Part shown: piece by piece, positions 7,263 through 16,250 of the stretch
How the letters are laid out: every line of letters begins with the position of its first letter
Position numbering within the stretch: position 1 is the first letter of the stretch
Virus record (IMG/VR): IMGVR_UViG_3300049982_000102
Location: 1 to 30,846 of that record
Length of the DNA: 30,846 bases
Source of the DNA: a virus
Lineage: Duplodnaviria > Caudoviricetes
Reading direction: 5' to 3' (one strand)
Program-made: the position numbers and the translations under genes
Notes under the pieces: model-generated
Seen by the model: only the letters and a program-made list of their open reading frames with translations
The model's database searches: none
What the model was told of the DNA's origin: nothing

Positions 7263-7408
7263 GCCGCCGTTGTCTCGCCGTCGCGCTGGCCGCCGTGTTC
7301 GCGGTCGCGTGCTCCGGCAACCCGGCCCGTGAGCCGCAGCCCGCGCCGGGTCCGGCCGTCACCACCGACCAGCCGACGCCGTCCGGTGTGGAGGTGGCGG
7401 TCCGATGA
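7259..7408 (+). CDS. Small putative lipoprotein (49 aa; not in ORF track)
   Basis: MSRRCLAVALAAVFAVAC-SGNP with ATGA overlaps at both ends; lipobox-like AVAC. Confidence 0.65.
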   Translation: MSRRCLAVALAAVFAVACSGNPAREPQPAPGPAVTTDQPTPSGVEVAVR

Positions 7409-7809
7409 CGACACCGAACGCCGAGCTGGCGTACAAGGTGCTCGACCTGGCGCACCGCCACGAAGCGCACTTCAATATGGGCGACTGGGCCTCCGGCGTC
7501 GAGCTAACCATCGAAGACCTCGTCAGCGACGAGGAGCCGAGGTACCGCCGGTCGGACGGTGAGCCCATGTGCGGAACGACCGCATGCTTCGCCGGGTGGA
7601 CCGCCGCGCAGGCGGGCTACACCCTCGTCGGCTCGTCGTCCGAGGTCTTCAAGGGCAACCGCCTCGCGGGTCGCGCCGGTGACATCGCAGCGGGCCTGCT
7701 CGGGATCACCGACGAGCAGGCGGACGACCTGTTCTTCTGCGACAACGAGGACATCGACGAGGTCGTCGCTGAGATCTTCGGCCCGCGCCCGGGTGGTGAC
7801 CCGCGATGA
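7405..7809 (+). CDS. Phage hypothetical protein (CGTTACFAGW motif)
   Basis: GGAGG SD, coupled on both sides, motif recalled from phage hypotheticals. Confidence 0.8.
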   Translation: MTTPNAELAYKVLDLAHRHEAHFNMGDWASGVELTIEDLVSDEEPRYRRSDGEPMCGTTACFAGWTAAQAGYTLVGSSSEVFKGNRLAGRAGDIAAGLLGITDEQADDLFFCDNEDIDEVVAEIFGPRPGGDPR

Positions 7810-8234
7810 AGGACCGCGACTTCCTGTTCGGCGCGACCGCCGACATGGTGTACGAACTCGACCGCACAGCCGCGAACAACGGCGGCTCCCGCAAGCTCAC
7901 CGCCGAAGAGGCCATCAAGCTGTGCGAGGTCGACTCGGCGCAGGCCGTCAAGCGCCTCCGCGACGACGCCGCCCGGCCGCAGCTGGAGAAGCAGCTGCCG
8001 GTCCGCAAGGGCCTGTTCTGCCGCTCGAAGGTCGTCGACCAGCACGGCAAGGTCTACGCGTCGGTGCGCACGCTCACCATGTGGGGCAACTGGCGCAGGC
8101 TTCAGCGGGCGTACAACGACGAGCGGGTCCGGCAGATGACCGGCGGGACCGCGTACGCGGCTGAGCCGACGTGCCAGCACTACGTGCCGTTCGGCGTCGA
8201 GTGTGGCCAGTGCCCGCCGAGGGCCGACTCGTGA
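7806..8234 (+). CDS. Hypothetical protein with C-terminal CxH...CxxC
   Basis: Coupled start and codon bias. Confidence 0.75.
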   Translation: MKDRDFLFGATADMVYELDRTAANNGGSRKLTAEEAIKLCEVDSAQAVKRLRDDAARPQLEKQLPVRKGLFCRSKVVDQHGKVYASVRTLTMWGNWRRLQRAYNDERVRQMTGGTAYAAEPTCQHYVPFGVECGQCPPRADS

Positions 8235-8431
8235 CCAACGGAGAAGCGTGGCGGTACGCCGTCGCGCGATGCGGCGATGTGGTGGCCCTGCTGGTCGTCG
8301 CGATCGTGAGCCTCACCGTCGCGTTCGTTGCTGCTGAGGATCCGGCTGTGGCGTGGCCGTGCTGGGCGGCGGCAGTCGCATTGATGGTGCTTGCCAGGCG
8401 CGCGCTGCGGAGACTGGAGGCCGAGCTATGA
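8231..8431 (+). CDS. Small two-TM membrane protein
   Basis: GTG 8231 coupled; two hydrophobic segments. Confidence 0.65.
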   Translation: MTNGEAWRYAVARCGDVVALLVVAIVSLTVAFVAAEDPAVAWPCWAAAVALMVLARRALRRLEAEL

Positions 8432-8682
8432 GCCACGTGTTTATCGCTGAGGGCCACGCCACCGACGTGCTCGCCCGGCCGCTCACCACCGCCGACGCCC
8501 GGCTCGTCACCGCCATGCTCGGCCACGCCGGCATCCCGGTCGAACTCAGCACCGACGCCGCCGGCATCGTGCAGCTTTGGCCGCTGCGGGTGTTCACCAC
8601 CGCTGAGGAGGTGGCCGCGCATCGGGCCATCGCCGCCGTGTCGGACAGCCGGATCGCCTGGCACGGAAGGGGATCGGCGTGA
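8428..8682 (+). CDS. Hypothetical protein
   Basis: GGAGG SD, ATG 8428, coupled. Confidence 0.7.
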   Translation: MSHVFIAEGHATDVLARPLTTADARLVTAMLGHAGIPVELSTDAAGIVQLWPLRVFTTAEEVAAHRAIAAVSDSRIAWHGRGSA

Positions 8683-8981
8683 ACGACATCGAGCAGCGCA
8701 TCACCAAGCTGTTGACGGACCTCGGCAGCACGATCCAAAAGGTGGCCGCCACACTTCAGCGGCTCGGCATCACCGGCACGCCCGGCGCCACATGCGACTG
8801 CCCCGTCGCCAAGTACCTGGACGGCAACGGCATCCCGATCAGCTACGTCAGCAGCATGCAGGTCGTGTACGCGGAAGGCGACCGATTCGGCGTGCACGTA
8901 CCCCGGGCGGTCGGTGACTTCATCGTCGACTTCGACGAGAACCCGGATATCTACCCCGAGTTGGTTGAGGTGCGAGCGTGA
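8679..8981 (+). CDS. Hypothetical protein
   Basis: Coupled GTG start; CDCPVAKYL motif. Confidence 0.7.
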   Translation: MNDIEQRITKLLTDLGSTIQKVAATLQRLGITGTPGATCDCPVAKYLDGNGIPISYVSSMQVVYAEGDRFGVHVPRAVGDFIVDFDENPDIYPELVEVRA

Positions 8982-9289
8982 ACGAGTACCGCACACCCGA
9001 AGAGCGGCAGGCATGCGACGAGCAGAACGCCCGCATCCGCGAGGTCCTCGACCAGGCGATCCGGGACGGCGCCTCCTGCATCATCGCCATGACGCTCGAC
9101 GAACCGCGGGCCGTCGTCGAGCACTGGACCGATGCGGTGTGGGACGGCCTCCGTGACGGCCTGTCCGGCGATGCGGAACACCCGCGGTTGCGCGGAGAAG
9201 ACCCCCTCGTCGCGGTCGCACTGCTGCTCGATGAGCGAATGCAGGCTGAGGCCGCCATGGTCCTGCGTGGAATGAGGGATCCCCGATGA
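8978..9289 (+). CDS. Hypothetical protein
   Basis: GAGG SD, coupled on both sides. Confidence 0.7.
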   Translation: MNEYRTPEERQACDEQNARIREVLDQAIRDGASCIIAMTLDEPRAVVEHWTDAVWDGLRDGLSGDAEHPRLRGEDPLVAVALLLDERMQAEAAMVLRGMRDPR

Positions 9290-9522
9290 CCTATCCGACC
9301 ATGCCCGACGAGAGTCGCGCCGACTTCCGCGTGTGCCTCGACCGGGCGCAACGCGCGATCGAGGTCGCCGAGGTCAGCCTCAGCGAGCTGGCCCCGGCAC
9401 TCAACGACCCGGACAACCGGGTCACGTTCGCCGACGTGATCGCGCACGCCGACGCCCGGACCCGCGTCGCCATGGCGTGGACCGACCTCGCCGAGATCAA
9501 GGCGGCGTACGCCGATGAGTGA
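9286..9522 (+). CDS. Hypothetical helical protein
   Basis: Coupled start and codon bias. Confidence 0.7.
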   Translation: MTYPTMPDESRADFRVCLDRAQRAIEVAEVSLSELAPALNDPDNRVTFADVIAHADARTRVAMAWTDLAEIKAAYADE

Positions 9523-10402
9523 GCAGACCACACTGCCGCCGGCCAACGACGAGTGGACTATCACCGAGCCGGGTCCGCACGCCCTACTCCCCGAGGGCGT
9601 CTACCACGACGACCCGATCCCCGGCGGCTCGCTGTCCTCGACCGGCGCACGGAAGCTCCTGCCGCCGGGCTGCCCCGCGAAGTACCGCTGGTGGGCCGAC
9701 AACAGGGAGCCGTTCAAGGCGGTGTTCGAAGAGGGCAAGGCCGCGCATCGCAAGGTTCTCGGTGTCGGCCCCGATCTGATCCTCGTCGACCGGCCGCGCT
9801 GGGACACCAACGAAGTCAAGGCGCAGATCGCCGAGATCCGGGCGGCCGGGAACGTGCCGCTGAAGCGGCCAGCGATGGACATGGTCGACGCGATGGTGAA
9901 GGCGTTGCGGGAGGACCCGATCGCCGGGACACTGCTCGACCCGGACGAAGGCGCCACTGAGCTGTCGCTGTTCTGGCGCGACCGGTCCGTGTGGGGCCGG
10001 TCGCGCTTGGACCGCCTGACGAAGCTGCGCAGTGGCCGACCCGCGATCGTCGAGTACAAGTCGGCGGCCAGCGCGGCGCCGGCCGACGTCGAGAAGTCGA
10101 TGGCCCGGTTCGGATACCACATCCAAGGCGGCTTCCAGCGGTCCGGCGCCATCGCGCTCGGCCTTGTCCCCGAGGACGTCGCCTTCCTGATCGTGGCGCA
10201 GGAGAAGGAGCCGCCGTACCTGGCCACCGTGATCGAGCCGGACCACACGGCGATGCGGATGGCCGCGATCCGGGTGCGCCAGGCCTTCGACCTGTTCGCC
10301 GAGTGCACCGCCGCCGGCCGCTGGCCGGGCTACAGCGATGACGTCGTGCTGGCCGAGCTGCCGCCGTGGGAGACCAAGGAACTCAAGGGAGAGATCTGGT
10401 GA
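9515..10402 (+). CDS. RecE/exonuclease VIII-like PD-(D/E)XK nuclease
   Basis: YH..D...LSSTGARKLL...CPAKY, GKAAH, RSRLD, IVEYKS, YHIQ, QEKEPPY and WPGY motifs. Confidence 0.88.
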   Translation: MSEQTTLPPANDEWTITEPGPHALLPEGVYHDDPIPGGSLSSTGARKLLPPGCPAKYRWWADNREPFKAVFEEGKAAHRKVLGVGPDLILVDRPRWDTNEVKAQIAEIRAAGNVPLKRPAMDMVDAMVKALREDPIAGTLLDPDEGATELSLFWRDRSVWGRSRLDRLTKLRSGRPAIVEYKSAASAAPADVEKSMARFGYHIQGGFQRSGAIALGLVPEDVAFLIVAQEKEPPYLATVIEPDHTAMRMAAIRVRQAFDLFAECTAAGRWPGYSDDVVLAELPPWETKELKGEIW

Positions 10403-11310
10403 GCAGTACCGTCGACCGCTTCAACGAGGGCGGCTACATCCCGAAGCCAGCCGCGCCCGCGCCGGCCCATATCGGCCAGGCCACCGCGATCGAGCAGAGC
10501 CGCGCGGTCGCCGAGGTTCAGGCCGCCGTGGTCGTCGCCCAGCAGCGACCCCGCGACATCGAAGCCGCACAGCACGAGATGCGCCGGTCCTGCGGCCAGC
10601 AGCGCCTCGCCGAGCGCGCCTTCTACGCCTTCCCGCGGGCCGGCCAGACCATCTCCGGCGCGTCCGTCTACCTCGCCCGCGAGCTGGCGCGGGTGTGGGG
10701 CAACATCACCTACGGCGTCAGCGAGCTGCGCCGCGACGACGTGCGCGGCGAGTCCGAGATGCAGGCGTGGGCCTGGGATCTGCAGACCAACACCCGTACC
10801 GCGGCCACGTTCATCGTGCCGCACAAGCGGGACACCAAGCAGGGGCCGAAGGCGCTCGGCGACCTGCGCGAGGTCTACGAGAACAACGCCAACGCGGGCG
10901 CCCGGCGGGTCCGCGAGTGCATCTTCTCGGTGCTGCCGCCGTGGTTCACCGGCGAGGCCGAGGACCTGTGCCGGTCGACGATGGAGGGCAGCCCCGACGA
11001 CCTGCCGGACCGCATCGAGAAGGCGGTCACCGCGTACGACCGGGCCGGAGTCAGCCTCGCCCAGCTTGAGCAGAAGGTCGGCCGCCCCCGGGCTCAGTGG
11101 ACGGGTGGGGATTGGAGCCAGCTCAACGTCCTGTACGGATCCCTGAAGCGCCGCGAGATCACCAAGGACGAGGCGTTCCCGGCCGAGCGGGTGACGGCCG
11201 CCGAGATCCGGCGGACCGCACCGCCGACGCCGGCCACCCCGCCCGAGCCGCCCGTAGGCGGCAACGAGTGGCCCGAAGCCGCACCCATCCCGGGCGGCGA
11301 CGATGCCTGA
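10399..11310 (+). CDS. Probable single-strand annealing protein (RecT-position partner)
   Basis: Directly coupled to the RecE-like gene; conserved-looking core AQQRPRD...YAFPRAG...GASVYLARELARVWGN. The function is inferred from position. Confidence 0.6.
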   Translation: MSSTVDRFNEGGYIPKPAAPAPAHIGQATAIEQSRAVAEVQAAVVVAQQRPRDIEAAQHEMRRSCGQQRLAERAFYAFPRAGQTISGASVYLARELARVWGNITYGVSELRRDDVRGESEMQAWAWDLQTNTRTAATFIVPHKRDTKQGPKALGDLREVYENNANAGARRVRECIFSVLPPWFTGEAEDLCRSTMEGSPDDLPDRIEKAVTAYDRAGVSLAQLEQKVGRPRAQWTGGDWSQLNVLYGSLKRREITKDEAFPAERVTAAEIRRTAPPTPATPPEPPVGGNEWPEAAPIPGGDDA

Positions 11311-11626
11311 GCTTCGGTCCCCGTTCCGTGGGGCGTTCGGCCGCGCCGACGCCGAGCGCCTGGCCACCGCGCTGAAGGCCCTCGCCGACCCGGGCCGCCT
11401 GCGGATCCTCGGCAACCTCTGGCACGCGGGCGAGGCCAGTCAGATCGAGATCACCCGCGCGCTCGGGAGCCTGTCGCAGCCGACCGTCTCGCACCACATG
11501 AGCATCCTCGCCGACGCTGGGTTCGTGTCGCGCCGGTCGACGCCGGGCGGGCCGACGCGGTACACGCTGACGCCGGTCGGGGTGATCGCGGTCGCGGGTG
11601 CCGTGAGCCCGGACGTCGTCCGGTGA
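11303..11626 (+). CDS. ArsR/SmtB-family HTH regulator
   Basis: LKALADPGRLRIL...LSQPTVSHHMSILADAGFVSRR. Confidence 0.9.
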   Translation: MPELRSPFRGAFGRADAERLATALKALADPGRLRILGNLWHAGEASQIEITRALGSLSQPTVSHHMSILADAGFVSRRSTPGGPTRYTLTPVGVIAVAGAVSPDVVR

Positions 11627-12189
11627 CCGCCCTGCGCGTCGTCGCGCTCGACCTGTCCTTGCGGGCTACGGGGATCGCGGTCACCCACGACTCGGCCGGT
11701 GAGCCCCGCCTGTCGTGCCGCACGGTCGTGCCGCGCAAGTACCCGACGCCCAACGTCATCGACCACCGGCGCCTGCACGAGACGTTCGCTGCGGTGTCGT
11801 CGGCGGTGGGATGCAAGCCGGACCTGGTGGTTGTGGAGTGGCTGCCGCAGTTCGCCGGGCACGGCGGCACCGCCCTGCGCCTCGCCGAGCTGCACGGGGC
11901 CGTGAAGCACTGGATGTGGTCGCACTCCTACCGGTACGTGGACGTGAAGCCGCAGCACCTGCAGCAGTACGCGACCGGCAAGGGCAAGGCCGACAAGCAG
12001 GCGGTCCGTGAGGCGGTGACGGCCCGGTACGGCAAGCGGCTGCACATCGGTACCGAGGACGAGGCCGACGCCGTGGCCCTGCTGGCGCTCGCGCTGGACG
12101 GCTACGGGCAGGCGCTCGAACCGGTGCCGCTGACCAACCGCAAGGCCGTCGCCGCCGTCGACTGGCCCGACCTGAACGGAGACCACTGA
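11623..12189 (+). CDS. RuvC-like Holliday junction resolvase
   Basis: VALDLSLRATGIA, LVVVE, YATGKGKADK and DEADA acidic catalytic pattern. Confidence 0.88.
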   Translation: MTALRVVALDLSLRATGIAVTHDSAGEPRLSCRTVVPRKYPTPNVIDHRRLHETFAAVSSAVGCKPDLVVVEWLPQFAGHGGTALRLAELHGAVKHWMWSHSYRYVDVKPQHLQQYATGKGKADKQAVREAVTARYGKRLHIGTEDEADAVALLALALDGYGQALEPVPLTNRKAVAAVDWPDLNGDH

Positions 12190-12440
12190 TGGGACTGTTC
12201 GGGACCAACCGTGGGCAGCGCCTCGACGTCGAGCACATCCTGCCGCCGGCCGAGCCGGACGTCACCGTCGAGGCGGCGCGGATCGCGCAGGCCGTGTCGG
12301 TCATCGACGAGGCGCTGGCCGGCGGTCGTGAGGGTCATGGCCGGTTCCTCAGCGCGCTGCTTGAGGTGCGGCACGCGCTGGCGCCGGGCATGCGGCCGCT
12401 CGACCCGCCGGTGCCGGTCATCCCGGGGCGGTCGTCGTGA
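12189..12440 (+). CDS. Hypothetical protein
   Basis: TGATG overlap, GGAG SD. Confidence 0.7.
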   Translation: MGLFGTNRGQRLDVEHILPPAEPDVTVEAARIAQAVSVIDEALAGGREGHGRFLSALLEVRHALAPGMRPLDPPVPVIPGRSS

Positions 12441-13099
12441 GCGAACTGCGGACTGTTGCCATCCACGACATCCACCCGAGCCTCAACGCACGCGGCAAGG
12501 TCGGCGACGTCGCCGAGCTCGCGCTGTCGCTGCGGGTCCTAGGCCTAATGAAGCCGCTACTCGTCATGCCACGGGCTGCGGGCGGCTTCGAAATCCTGGA
12601 CGGCCACCGCCGTCACGCCGCAGCGGTGAAGGCGGGAATCGCCCGCGTGGAGGTCGTCATCCGGTCCGACCTCGGCGAGGCCGAGCGGCTACAGGCGCAA
12701 CTGGCGATGGAGACCCACGCGAAGGGCTTCGACCCGATGGCTGAGGCGCGGGCGCTGCACACGCTGATGTTCAACCACAACCTGAGTCGCGAGCAGATCT
12801 CCCGCACCGTGGGCCGCACGCCGGGCTGGGTCCGGGACCGCGTTGCGCTGGTGCACCTGACGGCGGCCGAGCAGTCCCAGGTCTCGGCCGGGAAGCTGTC
12901 GCTCGCGCACGCTTTGTTCACGTTGTCGCAGCGGCGGGCCGAGCGCGACGGCCAGCCCGCGCCGAAGCCGCCGAGCTGGAACGACGGGCGTGGCGCCACA
13001 CCTGCCCAGCACGGCGTGCGGACCGTGACGGCGAAGGCCGCGCCTCCAGCCACCTGCGGTGGTCACTGCCGAGTCCATTGCCCGGACGCCGACCGATGA
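12437..13099 (+). CDS. ParB/Spo0J-like protein with HTH
   Basis: ELALSLRVLGLMKPLLV...FEILDGHRRHAAA (GxRR box) followed by HTH LSREQISRTVGRTPGWVRDR. Confidence 0.88.
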   Translation: MSELRTVAIHDIHPSLNARGKVGDVAELALSLRVLGLMKPLLVMPRAAGGFEILDGHRRHAAAVKAGIARVEVVIRSDLGEAERLQAQLAMETHAKGFDPMAEARALHTLMFNHNLSREQISRTVGRTPGWVRDRVALVHLTAAEQSQVSAGKLSLAHALFTLSQRRAERDGQPAPKPPSWNDGRGATPAQHGVRTVTAKAAPPATCGGHCRVHCPDADR

Positions 13100-13938
13100 C
13101 CGACACCGAGTCCACGTCGGCGGCGCTGGCCCGCGTCACCGCCGAGCGCGCGTCGCTGAAGCTCGCGAACGCGACGCTGGTCAAGCTCAACGCCGAGCTG
13201 ACCGCCGAACGCGACCGGGCACTGGCCAAGCGCGACCAGGCGATCGAGAACGGCGACTCGTGGATGCGGTCCGCCCGGGCGGCGCAGGCCGAGCGCGACG
13301 AGGCGCTGTCGACGATGGCCATGCGCACCGGTCAGCTCATCGCGTCCCGCAACCACGTAGCCGAGGCACGCGCCGAGCGCGACGACCTGAAATCGGCGCT
13401 TGAGCTGCTGACCACCAACTACGAGACCCTGACCAGCCTCGCCGAGGGCTTCCGCCGCACCATCGCCGAGCTGACCGAGGAACGCGACGGCCTCAAGACC
13501 GCGCTCACGCTGACCAACACGTCACGCGAGTTCAACCGCAGCCTCTCCAATGAGCTGAAGGCGCGCGTTGCCGACCTGGCCGCCGAACGCGCCGAGCTGA
13601 TCGCCGAACGCGACGCCGCCCGCGACGAGCTGGCCATCGCCGAACACGGCGAGGCGGTCGACCTCGACACCATGGCCAGGCTCCGCTCCGAACGCGACGA
13701 GGCGCGCGAGCTCATCGCCGTCCACGAGCAGCTCGAAGCCGTACGCGACTGGATCGTCGCCCGCGATGGCGGCCGAGCATGCGAGCGCTGCGAGCAAGAG
13801 GTCCGGCGCGGCGAGGCGTACGAGCTAGAGCCCGGCACTGGCGGCCTGATCCAGCACGTGCATTGCCCCGACCCCGACACCACCGTCCGCCACCCGGCGG
13901 GCGAACCCCTCGAAGAAGGAAAGGCACCACATGCCTAA
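13096..13938 (+). CDS. Long coiled-coil protein with C-terminal Zn-binding motif
   Basis: Repeated (A/E)ERD(E/A)A units; CERC...HVHC. Confidence 0.75.
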   Translation: MTDTESTSAALARVTAERASLKLANATLVKLNAELTAERDRALAKRDQAIENGDSWMRSARAAQAERDEALSTMAMRTGQLIASRNHVAEARAERDDLKSALELLTTNYETLTSLAEGFRRTIAELTEERDGLKTALTLTNTSREFNRSLSNELKARVADLAAERAELIAERDAARDELAIAEHGEAVDLDTMARLRSERDEARELIAVHEQLEAVRDWIVARDGGRACERCEQEVRRGEAYELEPGTGGLIQHVHCPDPDTTVRHPAGEPLEEGKAPHA

Positions 13939-14890
13939 GCACCGCCCGCAGTCCAACCGCCGGAAGTTCGGCGTCCTCGGCGGCATCCTCGTCGTAGCCA
14001 TCGCCGTCCCGGCCGCCCTGTACGGCGCCCTCAGCGCCAGCGCCTCCGTACCCACCCCCGAGCCCGGCTACGTCACCGTCCTGCCGTCAGCGCCGCGCGT
14101 GGTGGCCTACCCGGGCACCCAGCTCAACGCCGGGCAGACCGTCACCGTCCAGATCGCCGGGGAGAACTTCTCCGGCACCGCCATCCCGTCCAACGCGACC
14201 GGTGTCACCGTGTCCATCAGCTCGGTCACCCCGGCCGCCGCCGGCAACCTGAAGGTGTGGACCGCCGAGGCGGGCGAGCCCGGCACCCCGGCCGTCGTCT
14301 TCGGTGTCGGCCAGTCGGCCACGAACGTCGCCAGCGTCGGGCTGAACTCGACCGGCAAGCTGAACGTGAAGGCCAGCGTCAAGACCCGGTTCGTGCTCGC
14401 CATCACCGAGTACGTCACCCCGGTGCCGGTCGCCTGCAAGTCGACCCTGTACACGATCCCGGCGGCCACCAAGACCCTCACCAAGGTGGGCGGCTCGATC
14501 CGGACCGGCGCCACCGACTTCGGCTCGGTCACCCTCCCGGCGGGCACGTACGACACGCGGGTGGTCGGCGGGTTCACCGGCCTGAACAACGGTGACGACT
14601 GGCTGCCGGCCGATGTGTTCCTGACCGGCACGCTGACGGTGGTCAAGGGCGACGAGATCAACGCGACGTTCACGAACAACGTGACGGCGGGCGGGGTGCT
14701 GATCCCGAAGTCGAACAGCGCCACGCTCACGCAGGACCCGACGCTGGCGATCTCGACGTTCCTGGTCCTGGACGCGGCCACCGACGTGCACGTGAAGCTG
14801 TTCGCCTACGCCTCCAACAGCGGCACGGCCGGTAGCGACCACGTCAAGGCCAACGTGCAGAGCGCGCAGTTCCGAAACGTCTGCGGATGA
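13931..14890 (+). CDS. Exported or membrane-anchored beta-rich protein
   Basis: NRRKF followed by a hydrophobic helix and ASA cleavage-like site; Thr/Val/Gly-rich beta-sandwich-like mature part. Confidence 0.8.
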   Translation: MPKHRPQSNRRKFGVLGGILVVAIAVPAALYGALSASASVPTPEPGYVTVLPSAPRVVAYPGTQLNAGQTVTVQIAGENFSGTAIPSNATGVTVSISSVTPAAAGNLKVWTAEAGEPGTPAVVFGVGQSATNVASVGLNSTGKLNVKASVKTRFVLAITEYVTPVPVACKSTLYTIPAATKTLTKVGGSIRTGATDFGSVTLPAGTYDTRVVGGFTGLNNGDDWLPADVFLTGTLTVVKGDEINATFTNNVTAGGVLIPKSNSATLTQDPTLAISTFLVLDAATDVHVKLFAYASNSGTAGSDHVKANVQSAQFRNVCG

Positions 14891-15228
14891 CGACACCGGC
14901 CAACATCTCCCGCGCGGCTGACAACTACGACCAGATCGAGGTGGTCCACGCGGGCAAGCGGTGCGCGATCGGCTGGGCCCCGTGGATGGGCGACTGGTTC
15001 GTCTCCCACAGCCCGCGTAACGGCAACAGCAACGCCGAGGGCCGGTGGGACCACTGGGTCGACCTGGCGATCGGCATCCTCAAGGACCCGCTGACCGCCA
15101 TCGTCCGGCCCGACGCCCACGCGGCGGCGGATCCGCTCGCGACGCATGGCTTCTACGACGAGGCCAAGCGCGGGCTGACCGAAGACGAGCTGAACAAGCG
15201 GTTCGGGAAGACCACGACCGAGGCGTGA
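14887..15228 (+). CDS. Hypothetical Trp-rich protein
   Basis: Coupled start and codon bias. Confidence 0.7.
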   Translation: MTTPANISRAADNYDQIEVVHAGKRCAIGWAPWMGDWFVSHSPRNGNSNAEGRWDHWVDLAIGILKDPLTAIVRPDAHAAADPLATHGFYDEAKRGLTEDELNKRFGKTTTEA

Positions 15229-15234
15229 GCCTCC

Positions 15235-15267
15235 GCCCCGGAGCCGGACGGAAACCGGCTCCGGGGC
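15235..15267. terminator. Strong intergenic hairpin (terminator or processing site)
   Basis: Perfect 13-bp stem GCCCCGGAGCCGG/CCGGCTCCGGGGC; no U-tract. Confidence 0.55.
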
Positions 15268-15313
15268 ACCTCCCGCCCTACTCCCAGCACCTCCAAGACC
15301 TAGGAGCAAGCAC

Positions 15314-15793
15314 GTGACAGCGGTAACGATCCGGCCGACGTTCTCCAAGGACACCCGGCCCAGCAACGGACTGGAAGAGATCGCCGACGAGCTGCTGAAG
15401 GACCAGTTCGGCACGCACTACGTCGTCGGCATCGTCCAGTTCGCGGGCGGCAGCGTCCCCGGCCCCGGCGAGCACCTGGTGCCCGCCGTCAAGTTCCTCG
15501 GCATCGAGCCGCTGACCGGCGACGCCGCGGACCAGGCGCGGCAGATCCTCGACCAGGCGCGCAAGGCCCGTGGGCTGGGCCGCATGGAGGACGCCATCCC
15601 GGCGCCGGACGCCGCGCTGTTCGACTTCGACGAGGACGGTCACCCGACCGTGTCCGCTGAGACCCGCCTCGGCCCGGACGGTGAGCGCGAGGTGCCGCCG
15701 GCCGACGGGGCGGAGATCCTGGCGGAGCGCGCGGAGGCGAAGGCCAAGCCGATGCCGACGACCGAGCCGTTCAACCCGGGCGGTGCCGAGTGA
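15314..15793 (+). CDS. Hypothetical acidic protein
   Basis: AGGAG SD, GTG start, codon bias. Confidence 0.75.
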   Translation: MTAVTIRPTFSKDTRPSNGLEEIADELLKDQFGTHYVVGIVQFAGGSVPGPGEHLVPAVKFLGIEPLTGDAADQARQILDQARKARGLGRMEDAIPAPDAALFDFDEDGHPTVSAETRLGPDGEREVPPADGAEILAERAEAKAKPMPTTEPFNPGGAE

Positions 15794-16098
15794 GAGCCGC
15801 GCTGAAGTACCGCAAGCGCCCGGTCGAGATCGAGGCGATGCAGTGGGACGGCACGGCAGAGGGCGCGACTCCGATCATCGACTGGATCCTCGGCGGCGAC
15901 AGCACGGCGGGGTACACCTGCTCCGACCCGGATCGGTGCGCCAAATACGACGGCGACACCCCGCACACCATTGCCATCGAGACGCTCGAAGGCACGATGT
16001 CGGCCACTGTCGGCGACTGGATCATCCGGGGCGTTCAGGGCGAGTTTTATCCCTGTAAAGACGCGATCTTCCGTGAGACCTACGAGGCCGTGTCATGA
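15790..16098 (+). CDS. Conserved phage protein (YRKRPVEIEA...TLEG...GDWIIRGVQGEFYPCK family)
   Basis: Motif recognised as a widespread phage hypothetical family; function not assigned. Confidence 0.8.
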   Translation: MRAALKYRKRPVEIEAMQWDGTAEGATPIIDWILGGDSTAGYTCSDPDRCAKYDGDTPHTIAIETLEGTMSATVGDWIIRGVQGEFYPCKDAIFRETYEAVS

Positions 16099-16250
16099 GG
16101 CGCGTCTCGCTGCTCGTCGCTGCCGTCGTCGCGGTGGTGTCGCTCGCCGGGTGCGACCCGCACGTGCGGCAGTGCCAGGACGGCACGCAGACCAGGTCGG
16201 TCAACCGGGGTGCCTGCTCGGGCCACGGCGGCGTCGCAGGCGGCAAGTGA
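16095..16250 (+). CDS. Small lipoprotein with DUF3761-like Cys motif (51 aa; not in ORF track)
   Basis: MRRVSLLVAAVVAVVSLAG-C lipobox, then CQDGT...RGACSGHGGV; coupled at both ends. Confidence 0.75.
   Translation: MRRVSLLVAAVVAVVSLAGCDPHVRQCQDGTQTRSVNRGACSGHGGVAGGK

Noticed and set aside
13096-13760. Recurring GCCGA(A/G)CGCGAC units as a CRISPR or DNA repeat array
   Set aside because: Irregular spacing, in frame, and encoding AERD coiled-coil repeats. No cas genes or spacer structure.
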